The notes under the pieces: model-generated
The model's input: only the letters and a program-made list of their open reading frames with translations
Told to the model about the DNA's origin: nothing
Database searches by the model: none
Part shown: positions 1-13,000 of the stretch, piece after piece
How positions within the stretch are numbered: the first letter of the stretch is position 1
Layout of the letters: every line of letters begins with the position of its first letter
Assembly: GCA_965287045.1 (NCBI GenBank)
Contig: OZ336873.1
Location: 106,392,001-106,456,000 of the forward strand
Origin: Carcharhinus amblyrhynchos
Lineage: Eukaryota
Direction: 5' to 3'
DNA length: 64,000 bases
Translations under genes and position numbers: made by a program

Positions 1-1260
1 TGATGAAAATTTCTGGCTTCTGTCACCAAGATAAGTGTACAGTGGGCAGTGTTTTTGCACTGTAACTGACAGGCTGAGATGTCTTTGTTGAGGCAGATGA
101 GAGGCTGCAGTTCAAAGTATTTCTTCTCTCAGGGAATGCCAACACTGCTTGACAGATGATTGCAGACTTCTTGGAAGGCATTTCACCTGCCTAACACCTC
201 ACTGACATTCAGATCTACTTCCATATTGCGGGCCATCACCATGGCTTGGATGCTTTTGCAGTTCTAGTTCTGCGAGGGGTATGAGAAAAAGTAACACCAT
301 TGCCAATAACACCAGCAGCAGAGGGAGCAAAATCGACTGCAGCACCAGTTACCTTCTAGGCCAAACACCACTCCAAACAGCCGAAGGGGATGAACATCAA
401 GATCCAGCTGGAAGGAGACAGGGCTCTAACACTAGCAACTCCTAACAAAGGATCAACTCTCTCAGTATGTATGAGCACCAGTGCCTCAGGTTGTTGCTGA
501 CATCTGCAGTCTCTTAGAAAAAGACAGCCTTGCAGGTAGCAGGTTGACACAAATTGCAAAAGGCTGATAAGGTACCTGTCTTGTTAAGCTGTGTGCTCTC
601 TTCTCCTGCAAAGAGAGAAAACAAAAGTGTTTGAGTGTTGGAATGGTTTGTGTGGAGTGGAAGGAGGTCAACTTTTGTGAAGGGACATTGAATATGAGAG
701 GGCAATAGCTGAGTATTGACTAATCAAATGGGAAGCTTTAAGAGACAGGACTAAGTGGAGTTGCAAAGTGTGTTGCCCTGAGGCATATTGGAGAACGTTG
801 GGAAAGTTGGAATGTGAGGCTTGGCACTTGGCACTCACCAGTCATACTTAACGTTTTAGGTTCTCTTGGTGTACTGCCTTCAGGTTGGAAGAACCACCCT
901 TCAACTTCTCTCTTCCTTAACCACTTCACTACTTGGCTGGAACAGCTGTCCTCCTCCTCCTATCACTGGGAAAGGTTACACTACAACACTTCCTCATATC
1001 CTAATGCAGGACATCGAGGTAAGAGTGAAAGACCCAGGGTGCTGCCTTCTGAGATTTTTGGTGGTTGTTGCAACCTCAAAAATACAACTGTTGGCAAGCC
1101 CTAGTGATCCATGTCATGCCCCCTTTAATTAGAAAATTTTTCTTTGAATGGAATGGGTGCATCATCGTATCTAACTTCCTGAGTTGGTCAAGGACCCTGG
1201 AGGTGGGGTGTGAAGGCCTCGCTTAAATATCCTGTTGGTAGCAATAACAAGGTTTTTTAT
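1..1260. mobile_element. Highly decayed PIF/Harbinger-like transposon remnant
   Basis: Minus-strand peptide near 780-930 (PEGSTPREPKTLSMTGECQ) weakly resembles the N-terminus of HARBI1-type transposases; composition resembles the other Harbinger remnants here. No clear TIR. Confidence 0.3.
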
Positions 1261-1494
1261 GCATTTTATCAGAGCAACCTATGCATCATTGTTGCTCACT
1301 TTTGTCAGTAAAGTCTGATGTGATAACACAAACATATAAAGAAGCCTGAAGGGTCACTGCACAGATACTTTACTGAAAGTTAATTCAGTGGGTGTTTTCA
1401 TACAGTTAAATTCACATGAGGGGCATTGGCTTTTTAGATATTTAAACAGCAATCACTTGCTTTGCATAAATTACTTCAGAACAGCCACATTACC

Positions 1495-1778
1495 AGTTTA
1501 TTTATTGTCTCAAATAGACTTACATCAACACTGCAATGAAGTTATGATGAAAAATCCCCTAGTAGCCACACTCCGGCACTTGTTCGTGTACACTGAGGGA
1601 GAATTTAGCATGGCCAATGCACCTAATAAGCAAATCTTTCAGACTGTGGGAGGAAACCAGAGCACCCAGAGGAAAACCATGCAGACTTGGGGAGGACACG
1701 CAGACTCCACACAGACAGTGACCCAAATTAGGAATCGACTCCAGGTCCCTGGCGCTGTGAAGCAGTAGTGCCACCACA
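1495..1778 (-). mobile_element. tRNA-derived V-type SINE (HE1-related head and core, alternative type B 3' tail)
   Basis: Core tgtgggaggaaaccagagcacccagaggaaaacc, decayed tRNA-like head at 1730-1778, tail ...cactgcaatgaagtta...aaaatcccctagt shared with copies at 10596, 13001 and 42230. Confidence 0.85.
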
Positions 1779-2139
1779 CTGTTATCAGTGAGTTTGTGCT
1801 GCAGCAGGTGTCCTTTGTAACATCATAAACTATTGAGAGGCTACATTATAACACAGAGGGTTCAGGGTCCAATGGCATCATTTGAACTTCAATACAATTT
1901 AAACTGGGGATCATGGCTGCTCACCCAATGCTGGTTCCACCAGAGAAAACCAGCAGCAGACAGGTTCCGGCCTTAATTTTCATACAATTGTAAACACTTT
2001 GGAGACATGTAAAACAGGGGGCAGGGGGGTGGAAATCCCCAATAGTCCCCATTTCAGCTCATGCCAATTCATGTCTTCCATGTCCATTCACCCTGTTTAC
2101 ACTGTGTACAGAACCAATGAGCCATTGATTTTGAGCTCG

Positions 2140-2670
2140 TGTTAGCCTTGAGAGTAAATGACGACATGGACCCAAAATATCATGAGAGTCGGATAATGAG
2201 GTGCCACTGAAATCACGTTCCCCAATTTTCCACGCCCCTCACTAATGATGTCATTTAAATTCATTTTAATAAAATGTGATATGCTTAAAGGCCTTCCTGT
2301 TTTCCTGTTTAAAGGGGTCAGTGCTGGGGAAGGCCCAGTAGGGAGCCCCCATGGTGGGGTTTCTCTTATGCATATGGGGGTATTGTCCCAGTGCTTGTTG
2401 GGCAGAGAGAGGGGTTTTCCCCAGTGCTTGTGTGTGAATGGAGGTGTGAGGGGGGAGGGAGGGGAGCAGGTGTCATGTTGGTGGGGCAGAGGGTATTGGG
2501 TAGTTTTGGCATAATGCAAATTGGGGCACCCCTTTGTGCAGCCGTTGTTGATAGTTCTGTAAGGCCCTGCCCTGCCAATGTGAAAGCAAAAGCCATGCCT
2601 CCAGATTTTCTGTGCACAGAATGCCAGAGAATCAAGAGATAAAGCTCGGATGGGCAGCTGGAGAATATAT
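2140..2670. mobile_element. Non-autonomous Harbinger-type element, decayed
   Basis: G-rich degenerate internal repeats and subterminal motifs like those of the other large Harbinger-type elements in the window. Confidence 0.4.
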
Positions 2671-2772
2671 ATTATTGCACAGGGTGCAAAATTCTGTCCA
2701 TAGTAACAATGATGTGGGGAACTGTTCAGATAAAAACACCCATTCCCAAATCTTCTTTTGAAAATAAATATG

Positions 2773-2871
2773 GGGGTGAATTTTCCCAATCCTCCTACCA
2801 TGGGAATCATAGCAGGTGAGGGGGTGGACCATGGAAATTTTTGTTTCAGAATGAGCTGGAAAATCCCACCC
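2773..2871. mobile_element. Harbinger-type MITE
   Basis: Imperfect TIRs GGGGTGAATTTTCC ... GGAAAATCCCACCC. Confidence 0.65.
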
Positions 2872-4252
2872 ATTGTGTTTTTCCAACTCTATTAAAGAAA
2901 AAATAATGGTGGCTTCAAATATTTCACACCTCTTAATCTGTGTGAATAAACTTCAAGACATTGAAAACAAAAGGCAGAAAATTACTATAACACCGAAATA
3001 TGTCGATCAAACAAAACCAACAGTTCTCTTCAGTTATCAAAATAGAACCCCAATGGGATAAGCCTTTTACGAGTCCAGTCTCTCAGTCAAACATAAATAG
3101 TGAGGCTGCCTGTACTCTGTTTCCGAAGTCAAGCCTACGCCTGCACCTGTACCTGCAGAGTGAAGATCATGAATTTAGGGGCCTTTTGATTGATGCAGGT
3201 CCGTTGAGTGACTTCATTTTCTGACTCAAGCTTCTTACTTTGCTAGTCAAATCCTGAGCCTTAAGATCCAGAAGAGACATTCTTGGAAATATTTCCTTGT
3301 GGGCCAAGAAGGGGAGGTGTGTTCCTCCTTTTGAGGATATCTTGGACATCTGTGCTTTACCATGTGCTCCCTTTTCCCTTCCCCAATCATAATTTTACAC
3401 TATTTGGGGACCAATATGGACCTGTGAGAAAGGAAAACTCAATACTTTCAGTTTGCCTCTGAGGTGTTGCATTTCACTCTCCACAAATCTGAAAAATATT
3501 TTGGTCATCATATTGGCTCTCCATGTCTCTTAAATGTGCTCTCCCCATTATCACCTAACCTTAGATGGCTTTGTTTTTAAATATGCAATTGGCCTAATAG
3601 TGACACTGTGCACTGTTTATAGACTGAAAGTCAATGCTTTCTGCGGAGGTCCCTGTATATCTACAAGTAAAGTCAAGTGTGTACCTAGAACTCTCAAAAA
3701 TAACTGTATCCTATTATTGTGCATTCTGCTGTTCTAAACCTTTCACAGAACGAATAGCTTTTCACTGAAATGGAGGAATCTTCATTAGCAAAGTGTTTGT
3801 GATGGACTGGAAGCAATTGCACCTCGATTACTGCAAATAATAGCATTGTTCATTGACCTCATCTCTATGACTGATGCTGGTATTCTATTAGTATTCTATT
3901 ATTTCTATTTACTGGCTCTTTGCCACTAGGATCTGATGAACAAATTATTCCACTTCATCTGGATTCTCCTCTGTTTTCACTGTTCATATTGTGCTTTGTT
4001 AGGCATTTGCTGCCAAAACAAACATTGCATCCACATGGGACATTGTTATATTCAGAAAGATGACAAATAATGTGAACAGTTAACAAAATATAATCCTGTT
4101 TTAGTTGTGACTCAGAATACAGACATATTTTGTTAGCATTTAGTGCATAAAATTTCTAAGTGCTTTCCTTTCACTTGGATCTAGGATGGAATAATTAGTG
4201 TTTTCCTTCTTGCTTCATAATGCTTAATGACTACCTTTTTCATTATCTTTAG

Positions 4253-4350
4253 AAAATGTATTATAAACCGTCTACATGTGAGTTGAGGTCATCAAGCCAG
4301 GAGCAGTATCGTTGTTGAATACTTGTCTTGTTTTGAGGAAGAAACTAGCA
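4253..4350 (+). other. Candidate non-coding exon
   Basis: Pyrimidine tract plus AG (cctttttcattatctttag) ending 4252 and consensus donor GCA|GTAAGT at 4351; stop codons in all three frames. Confidence 0.25.
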
Positions 4351-6706
4351 GTAAGTATGCCATAGGCAAAAAGGTTCCACCTCGGACAAAAGAATAAATA
4401 GTGCCTGCATTCATTCTGCATCAGAATTAGAAGTTAACTGCAAAGCTCAGTACGTCTAAGATGGGAGAACTTGTCCTTGTCTAGCTCATTTTCATGATTA
4501 CACAACTGCCTTTCCTCCTGTCAATGTCTGGCAGAGTGCCTAGGATAACTAAAACAAGTTGAAATATTTTGTAGCCATTCACTTGTAAGTTGAGTTGCTT
4601 GGAGTAATTTCAAATCATGGCTTTGTAACATCAACTATATCTTGTGCCACAAGCCATTCAAAGAAAGACCCTGCAATGTGCAGTCTTTAATGCACAAGGC
4701 AACTTTAAAGCTTCACTCTCACCACAAAGCCTTCTTGGATTGCAGTTGGGATATTTAATAGCTCAATAATGGTTAGACCTCTATATCGTACCTATGATTA
4801 CATAACTATTTCCAGGAATGGAGCCCTATAATATTGCATCTTAGATATTCATAGTCCTGCCTTCTGAGACTGCAGAACATTTTGGAACATGACACATTAG
4901 CCAGTATGACAAAATGGAGTATATCTTTCTAAGTTGTATTATTTCCTTACTTTTTTTGGTCACGCTACATGCAGAGATAAAAATCCAGATTCACTTGCAA
5001 AAGATGTCCTAAACTTGGAGATTGTAGGTGAAACTCTATCCTCAAACTTTCTTTATAAATATTAGTATAACACTCAGAATAAATGGGCTGATTCCGGACT
5101 TCTTATTAGGACATGTAAAGGTGAGGACGAATAACCCTCATGTCTCATATGCTCTCACCCTAGGTTAGTCAGTATATCCCATCTATGCCAATTCACGCAC
5201 CCCAACTCCACTCTCTATATGGCCTTTCAAGACTCCATACAAAGCCATAGCAGCTCAATTCCCATATACCTTTTACAGATGGTATACTGTCAATGATAAT
5301 TATAGTCACAACACTATGTAGAAGCAATGCAACTTATAGTGAAAATATGTGCAAAAGAATAGCTTTTTTAAAAAAAGCCATTCATTGATACATTTGCACT
5401 TTCTTAAAAAAAAACCTCCTTTTTCATTACAGGCCAGTAAACTTGTTAATAATCCAAAGTATCAATAGTAGAAGCTGCAATCACTCAAAACCTTCTCATC
5501 TTGAGCGATTCGCAGAAGAAATCAAACAACTGGACTTGTAAATCAAGCAATGTTTTCCCTTGGGTATAGCTGTTCCAGCACTCTAATAGATTATTGGGTT
5601 CGCAAGCAACTTTTAGATTCTTACTTAAAGTCCAGAAATCCATTAAGGTACTGAAACACCTTTTTGAATTTATAAAAAAGCATGTCTTTTGTATGTTCTT
5701 GAGAGTCACAACGCTAATGGGTGTTAAAACACTTCTCCAAAACACATTTTGTTGTGATTAGTCAAGAGGCAAGATAAAACAGGGGAACCACCCTACCATC
5801 TTTGTCTATAACAAAGGGGTGTATTATATTGCTCATAAAGACACATGTATTTGATTTGAGCTTTAGGTTTCATCACATTATTTCTCTCAATTCTCACGTC
5901 CAAATAGTTGAATAACCTATCAAGGGTAGAGGCTACATCTTACAGAATTGCACTCATCTCATTTGCTTTGATCTAACCCATTATAGTCTATCTGTGCCTC
6001 CACTGTGCATACTGAAAAGTCAATCACAATAATCCCTTCACAAAGTAAAGGCAAGGAATGAATAATTGGAATAAATATTCCTATTCTCTCTTTACTCTGC
6101 TTTATTCTGGTGGAACCTATTAATATTGCTTTGTAATAAATATGAAAACCTTGTAGTGGGATAAGGTGTTAAAAAAACCTGGGCTCTATTTTTGTTCTGT
6201 TAGTTTCAGCAGGTGTTCAGAGAGTAGAAGTATATTGATAGAAATCACTGGCAAAAAATTAAGCTAAAATTTAGCATAGCGTTGGTTTGATTGGAAGTGA
6301 CATTCCTTGGAGCTTCTTCTGTTTTGCTGGAATAGCTTTGGCAGATATTAAATCTGCTGTACGTGTATAGATAATGTTTCTTACTAGAGTTGCAGCAGCA
6401 GACAAGAGAAACCCTGAGGAAATTCACCCCCATTAATTCTCCACCTGTACATCAGGGGTTTAAAAATCAGTTTAATCCCTGGAAATCACTGCCCAATTTG
6501 GTTTGATATAACTGTTACAGACTTTTGTTGATTCATCTGTAGCTTACATCTAATAGAGTGAGCAAGCCATTTAATTGAATCACAGATACCTTGTAGAGTT
6601 TGTTTGAGTGTGTGCCTGTTTTTTAAAGAAATCTAAATACCTCATATTCAAGCTGTGTTTTTGAAGGTGCATGTTATACGTTATCTGAATCATGTTCAAC
6701 TTATTC

Positions 6707-6855
6707 TAGAACATAGAACATTACAGCACAGTACAGGGCCTTCGGCCCTCAATGTTGTGCTGAGCTATGTCCAATCCCAAGATCAAGCTATCCCCTCCCT
6801 ATCATTCTGGTGTGCTCCATGTGCTTATCCAATAACTGCTTGAAAGTTCCTAAAG
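6707..6855 (-). mobile_element. CR1 (HER1-like) LINE 3' end
   Basis: tagaacatagaaca tail and the cagtacagggcccttcggccc stem-loop region; near-identical to the copy at 10045-10340. Confidence 0.8.
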
Positions 6856-6989
6856 TTCTGTGTTTCTTAAAGAGGAAAAACCAAGCTAGATAACATTCAT
6901 AGTTGATAAGAAAAGTTAAACAAACTGTGAAATCAGAATATTACTTGTATCCTAGTGTGAACTATATTAAGTGCACAGAAAGCTAAAGT

Positions 6990-7757
6990 GAGGCCTCGAT
7001 CCCCCTCAACCCCCCCCGGCAGTCCTGATCTCTCTGTCTTGCCCACAGTGCCGAACATTCGGCAGGCCGATCCCCTCCTCCCTCAACACCAATGGCCAGT
7101 CCCGATCACTGGTCTCCCTCCCTCTGTCACTGATCCCTGTGTAGTGGCAGCTGGACTCCCCACACCACCAATCTCCTTCTGAGGCACGACCCCCTATAGA
7201 CCTCACCCTTTTCTGCTGCCCAGTGGGCAGTGCCAAGGTGCTCCTTGGGCATTGGTGTCTTGCCCTTGGGCAGTGCTGGGGGCAAGGCTGACACTGCCAA
7301 ACTGGAAATGGGCAGGCCGCACCCCCTTTACCCCCGACTTCCCGCGGGGCCTTCACCACCCTCCTTTACTCCAGCAGTGTCAGGCTACCAGCTCCCTGGT
7401 AGTGGGGAGCTGTTGTAAACTCTGCTGGGGTGAAACAGTCCTGGTGGGGTAGGAATGGCAGGAGTGTGGGTAAAGGGCGTAGGGGTGTGTGGTGGTGGTG
7501 GTGGGGAGGGGGGAGAGGGTGCTGGTATGTTAGCCGGCCAGGCGACTTCAGTTCTGGGCCTTTTAGTCAGATGTAAATCAATATTTGAATAATTTATTCA
7601 GCTCCCTGCCGATTTCTGGTGCGGAGCTGATGACGCTGGTAGCCAGAGATGCATGGAGGCCACGGTGCCTAGTGGGGAGTGTGCTACACAGCCTCCATTG
7701 ATGTCTCCCAGCCCTCTGCATTAGTGGAGCAATCCAGCAAGTGGGAAAATCGCCCCC
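6990..7757. mobile_element. Non-autonomous Harbinger-type element, left end truncated
   Basis: GC-rich body with tgcc/ggca repeats ending in the TIR-like GGAAAATCGCCCCC. Confidence 0.5.
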
Positions 7758-7769
7758 GATATTTTTACT

Positions 7770-8600
7770 TCTATATTCAAACCTTCTTGCAAATTAAGTC
7801 CAACTAACCATTTGCTTTACTTGTTCTACTTGTATGCTTGATTTTAGTGACTCGTGACCATGAACATTTATGCATGTCCCTTTGGACATTGACACTTCCC
7901 AATTTCCTGCAGTTTAAGAAGTGGGACTTGCAAGCAGAACTTTGGATACTGACCCTGAACAACAGGATCTCCTAATAAATGATCACGTTCTTTAAAATAG
8001 ATTGTAGCATTTTCTCCATTACTGATATCATGCTGATTTTGATCCTGTGGTCTGAAGTTTGCTCTCTCCCTCTTATCTTAAGCAATATGTTTATATTTGA
8101 TATCTTTCGATCTCAGAAGCAATTCCACAATCTAGTGAATTTTGGAAATTGACTACCAATGCATTTATTATATCTGTAGCCACATTTTCTAACACTCTGG
8201 GATGTACATCTTCAGTTCTGGGGGATTTCTTAACTTATTTTAATTTCTCCAGTGTTACTTTTATGTATAAATACTAATTTATTTCCGTTCTTTATTCCCA
8301 TCACACCCTTGATCCTTTCTGGAGGGTTTTGTATCTTCCTCTGTGAAGACAGACTCAAAGGGTGGGATTTTCTGGTTGTGCTTGCTCCAAGGCTGGAAAG
8401 TCCCACCTGAGGTCAATGGAACTTTGTATGGTCCATGCCCCATCCTCTACAATTCCTGTGGCGAACGGGATGGGAAAATTCCACTTAAAGTATTTGTTTA
8501 GTTTGTCTGTCATTTATTTATTCCCTGATTATTAATTCTCCTGTCTCTGCCTACAATGTACACAATGTTGTCTTTGCTATTTCTTTTTTCCGTTTTTACG
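7770..8600 (-). mobile_element. Old, deleted CR1 ORF2 remnant (interrupted by a MITE)
   Basis: CR1-like segments such as ctctgggatgtacatcttcagttctgggggattt and tgtgaagacagactcaaag|tatttgtttagttt (minus-strand LNKYF...VFT motif split by the MITE). Confidence 0.55.
8360..8486. mobile_element. Harbinger-type MITE
   Basis: TIRs GGGTGGGATTTTC ... GGAAAATTCCACTT flanked by a 3-bp AAA duplication (8357-8359, 8487-8489). Confidence 0.75.
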
Positions 8601-8614
8601 TACTTACATACTGT

Positions 8615-9070
8615 CTAGTCCTGTTAGAATTTTATAAGTCTCTATGAGATTCCCCTCATTCATCTGAACTCCAACAAGAACAATCCTAACTTAGTCAATC
8701 TCTCCTCATACATCCCGCCTGCCATCCCTGGAATCAGCCTGGTAAACCTTCACTGCACTTCCTCAAGAGCAAGAACATCCTTCCTCAGAAAAGGAGACCA
8801 AAACTGCACACGATACTCTCAGTGTAGTCTTACCAAGGCCCTGTATAGTTGCAGCAACACATCCCTGCTCCTATACTCGAAACCTCTCGCAATGAAGGCC
8901 AAGAAACCATGTGTCTTCTTTATCACCTGCTGCACCTGCATGCTTACCTTCAGTGACTGGTGCACAAGGACCCCTTGGCCCTGCTGCACGCTCCTCTCTC
9001 CTAATTTACAACCATCAAGGTAGTAACCTGCCTTCTTGTTTTTGCTTCTAAAGTGAATAACCTCACACTA
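8615..9070 (-). mobile_element. CR1 LINE RT C-terminal fragment
   Basis: Minus strand encodes LQLYRALVRLH.EYRVQFWSPFLRKDVLALEEVQ-type CR1 peptide with stops. Confidence 0.85.
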
Positions 9071-9079
9071 ATTTTTGAT

Positions 9080-9480
9080 AGACCTATTCAAAAGTCTGAT
9101 AGCAGCAGGGAAGGAGTTCTTGAGTCAGTTGATACGTGACCTCAGGCTTTTGTATCCCTTTCCCGATGAAAGAAGCGGAAAGTGTGGGCGGAGTCAATGG
9201 ACGGGAGTCTGGTTTGCCTGATGGACTGGGCTACGTTCACAATCCTTTGTAGTTTCTTCTGGTCTTGGACAAAGCAGAAGCTATACATAAATATCTGGAA
9301 CATCTGGAAAGGATCCTTTCTCTGGTGCATCTGTAAAAATTGAGAGTCATAGTAGAAATGATGAATTTCCTTAGCCTCCTGAGAAAGTAAAGGAACTGGT
9401 GGGTTTTCTTAATGATAGTGTCGGCATGGAGGGGACCAGAACAGGCCATTGGTGATCTGGGCACCTAGAAACTTGAAATT
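9080..9480 (-). mobile_element. Rex1/Babar LINE 3' fragment
   Basis: ORFs read HADTIIKKTHQFLYFLRRLRKF...NFYRCT and QDQKKLQRIVNVAQSI, typical of the Rex1/Babar RT C-terminus. Confidence 0.8.
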
Positions 9481-9574
9481 TCCACTTGCTTCAGATTTCC
9501 AGTATCTGCAGTATTTTGCTATTGTGTCATTTGTCAAAGGAAGGGCCACAAAATAAAATCAACAGCTGATCAAC

Positions 9575-9740
9575 AATCCAAAGATGTGTGGGTGAGGTTG
9601 GATTGGGTGTGGCACATTGACCCTTAGCGTCAGGGGGATTAGAAGGGTAAATACATGGGTTACGGGAATAAGACCTGGGTGGACTGTTGTTGGTGCGGGG
9701 TCAATGGGCCGAAAGACTTCCTTCTGCACTGATTCTATGA
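9575..9740 (+). mobile_element. HE1 SINE 3' half
   Basis: ccaaagatgtgtgggtgaggttggattgg...atgggccgaa...tctgcactgattctatga (CR1/HER1-derived tail). Confidence 0.8.
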
Positions 9741-10044
9741 AATAAACTGAAGAGGATTCTAGACTTGAAAAAACTTTAGCTAAACATCTGGGCAAATGAG
9801 CACCAAAAGTATCTAGAATTAAAATTGGCATTTGAACCCCAAAACTGAATTAATTGACAAACCATCAGTGTTTGTTGATGGAAGAATTTCTATCTTTCAG
9901 AAAATAAATTGAAGTGCTTTCATGCAACAAGTCCAATTTAACTTACTAAGACCATACTAATTATATGAAAATTTGTGTGCAGGGGCTACAGCTCAGGGGG
10001 GTAGTTGAAAATGTAACCTTCATCTCCAGGTTCAGGCGGGTATC

Positions 10045-10340
10045 ATGATAGACCATAGAACATAGAATATAGAACAGTACAGCACAGTACAGGCCCTTCA
10101 GTCCTTGAAGCTGTGCCGAGCCTTGTCCAAACCTAAGATCAAGATATCCCACTCCTGATCATTCTGTGTGCTCCATGTGCCTATCCAATAACTGCTTGAA
10201 AGTTCCTAAAGTATCTGATTCCACTATCACAGCAGGCAGTGCATTCCGCACCCCAACCACGCTCTGAGTAAAGAATCTATTTAGGACATCCCTCCTATAC
10301 CTCCCACCATGAACTTTAAAGTTATGCCCCCTGGTAACAG
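10045..10340 (-). mobile_element. CR1 LINE 3' end
   Basis: (catagaa)n tail, 3' stem-loop, and the end of ORF2 (FTQSVVGVRNALPAVIVES on the minus strand). Confidence 0.85.
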
Positions 10341-10595
10341 CTTAAGGATCTTAACGAGGAACAAAACAACAACAACAAGATATATTTATAGCAACTTAAA
10401 CGTAATGAAATGTCCCAAGCTGCTTAACAGGAACATTATAGAGGGAAAAATAAGACTGGTTAATCTCAGTCTGCTCCCAGGCAGATGGATAGAGTCAGTA
10501 ACTAGGGAACAGAGCTGGAGGTGGAGACCAGATCTGCGGCTTCAAGCTTTATAATATTTTCTTGGAGGAAATTTCTGCTTGTCCAGTACTGATAG

Positions 10596-10900
10596 GGCAG
10601 TATGATGGCACAGCAGTTAGCTCAGCTATCTCACAGTGCCAGAGTCCTGGGTTCAATTCCTAGTTTGGGTCACAGTCTGTGCAGAGTTTGCACACTTTCC
10701 CTGTGCCTGCATGGATTTCTTCCAGGTGCTCCGGTTTCCTCCCACAGTCCAAATGATGATGTGCTGGATAGGTGCATTGGCCATGCTAAATTCTCCTTCA
10801 GTATATCCGAATAGGTGCTGGAGTGTGGCGACTAGGGGATTTTCACAGTAACTTCATTGCAGTGTTAATGTAAGCCTTCCAGTGACACTAATAAGTAAAT
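10596..10900 (+). mobile_element. V-type SINE, type B tail, full length
   Basis: A-box-like tggcacagcagttag, B-box gggttcaattcc, V-core, and tail ...gtgacactaataag. Confidence 0.88.
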
Positions 10901-10979
10901 ATGAAATTTTAAAATGTTGCATAAGCAGCCTGATAACTTATCGACAGTGCAGGAATCCATTGGTGAAGTACTGGTGTGA

Positions 10980-11395
10980 TGTGTCTGAGTGCCTTCTATG
11001 CAGACTTGAAAACTGACGCTTTGCTTTCAGATGATGTCACTAAGCAACAGCATGTAGATACTTAAAAGGAACGGAGCAAAGATAGATCTTTGGGGGGAGC
11101 AGAGGTAACAGTGCAGGAGCAGGAAGCCATCACAAGTGATTCTCTGGGGGAAGTTTTCCTATCCTGCCTCCACAAGTATCATAGTAGGCATGGGGCAGAC
11201 CATGAAAAGGTGGGATTTTCCATTTTTGGGGCGAACGCAGCAAGAAGATCCCACACTCCATCTGTGTTTGGATAGGTGAGAATGGAGCCAGGTGAGAGCA
11301 GTTCCACACAACTGGGTGAGACATTGGAGGAGGCTAATGTGGTCAAATACAGGGCTGCCAAGAGACTGTGAGGGAAGGGGAATGTTAGGATCCCC
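10980..11395 (-). mobile_element. L2 LINE RT fragment
   Basis: Peptide VFDHISLLQCLTQLCGTALTWLHSHLS resembles L2 AFDTVDH.ILL.RL....GTAL.WF.SYLS; left boundary uncertain. Confidence 0.6.
11146..11256. mobile_element. Harbinger-type MITE
   Basis: GGGGGAAGTTTTCC ... GAAGATCCCACAC, same family as 2773 and 8360. Confidence 0.6.
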
Positions 11396-11549
11396 ATAGA
11401 GACTAAGAACTTTTAAACAGAAATATGAGTTCCCCAACAACAAACAGAACAATTTGCACAAGGTTTTATGGTTTACAACTTTTACTGTAACAAACAAATT
11501 AAAATAAATATTTCTAAACAGGCAACGAATACACCAAACTACAGAAAAG

Positions 11550-11862
11550 GACAGCAGGACTAGAGGGCACAGCCTCAAGATCAGGGGGGAGCAGTTTAGA
11601 ACGGAGTTGAGGAGGAATTTCTTCACTCAAAGGGTGGTGAATCTCTGGAATTCTCTGCCCGTTGAAGTGGTGGAGGCTACCTCGCTAAATATATTTAAGA
11701 CACGGGTAGATAGGTTTTTGGTAGGTAAGGGAATTAAGGGTTATGGGGAGAAAGCGGGAAAGTGGAACTGAGCCACTTGAAATCAGCCATGATCTTATTG
11801 AATGGCGGGGCAGGCTCGAAGGGCTAGATGGCCTACTCCTGCTCCTATTTCTTATGTTCTTC
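11550..11862 (+). mobile_element. CR1 LINE 3' end
   Basis: SRTRGHSLKIRGEQFRTELRRNFFTQRVVNLWNSLP, 3' stem-loop and (ttcttatg)n tail; retains CpGs. Confidence 0.92.
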
Positions 11863-12316
11863 TGTCCTAAAAGATACCGCCTCATGAATTAATTGACTCA
11901 ACCAAAAATAGTATCTTAACCTATATCTAAATTACAGCATATTCTCAGGAGATAGGTAGCCTTGTATATTAAATCCCACACCCCTCCAAGCATTCCAGCA
12001 GGCTCCCTTGAACCTGCCACACCAGGACAAGGCTTCCAGTATCTTTTGAAAGTCCTTACACTCAATATCCTAGGTACCTTTGAACTGAATTCCAGCTGCT
12101 AGGTCCATTCTGTCAAATGCTTGTTTCTTAAACCTCAAAGGTCCCATCTGTTCCATTTTCTTTCCAAACAGATACTGACTCTTACAAGCATCTGGCTCTC
12201 ACAGCTGTAACTTCTCTGCTTCGTGCAACCAAACGCATCTCTCTCTCTCTTTCTCTTCGGGTTTCTGAGTCTGAGTGTCCAAAACTATGTAGTGAGAATT
12301 TTTCGACTTTTCATAC

Positions 12317-12426
12317 TGGTGGGATTTTCCCACCCTGATGCAGCGAATGGAGATTTAGCTGGATGCCAAATTCTCCGTCTTCACTGCAACGGGACCATGG
12401 CCGGAACTGGCAGTAAAATCCCACCC
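12317..12426. mobile_element. Harbinger-type MITE
   Basis: TIRs GGTGGGATTTT ... AAAATCCCACC, with the internal aatggagattt...aaattctccgt hairpin shared with 18991 and 23592. Confidence 0.75.
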
Positions 12427-13000
12427 AAAGGTTTGATTTTCTACAGGATTTGGTCTGGGCTGTTTTCCCCACGCCAACCAAATCACAAGTGTCTGTCACT
12501 GGGCAAAATCAGTATGATCTCCATCAAAGCATTCTTTTTCACCCTAAATTATAGGAAACAAATTTGAAACATATTCACCTTCAAAAGTTATGAAAGCTTT
12601 ATCTTTGTCACTGTTAAATAGGATGGCAGCTATGACTTTAATAAGAACTGTCCTGTTAAAGAAAGCAATAATTTTAAAGTATCATTGCAACACTACCTAA
12701 ATTGAACAGAACAAGGTCATTTTCTGTGAATCAAAGTGAATTCCACTTGTTTAAAGAAAATTTGAAGAGACATTTAAGCATTTGCACTGTAGTACCAACC
12801 AAGGTTAATACAATATGTTCTTTGCCATTGAAACATGTATAATGTAATTTAAACACCCACGCTAACCTTGCCATTGCATTCATAAGTTAACTTCATTTGC
12901 TTTATCTTTTGTGGAGTGTTGGTTACATCATGGTAGATTTTAAAAATAGTCTGAAGTATGTTAATGGTAAGTTTTTACTAATACTAGAGCCATTTACAAG

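Noticed and set aside
2142-2873. 243-aa minus-strand ORF
   Set aside because: Runs across two adjacent Harbinger-type repeats, is low complexity and has no recognisable domain.
4290-4350. SEA-domain-like SIVVEY peptide
   Set aside because: Six residues only, with an in-frame stop just upstream inside the candidate exon; most likely chance.
10596-10670. tRNA gene (and similar heads elsewhere)
   Set aside because: These are SINE heads followed by V-core sequence, and no complete cloverleaf is apparent.
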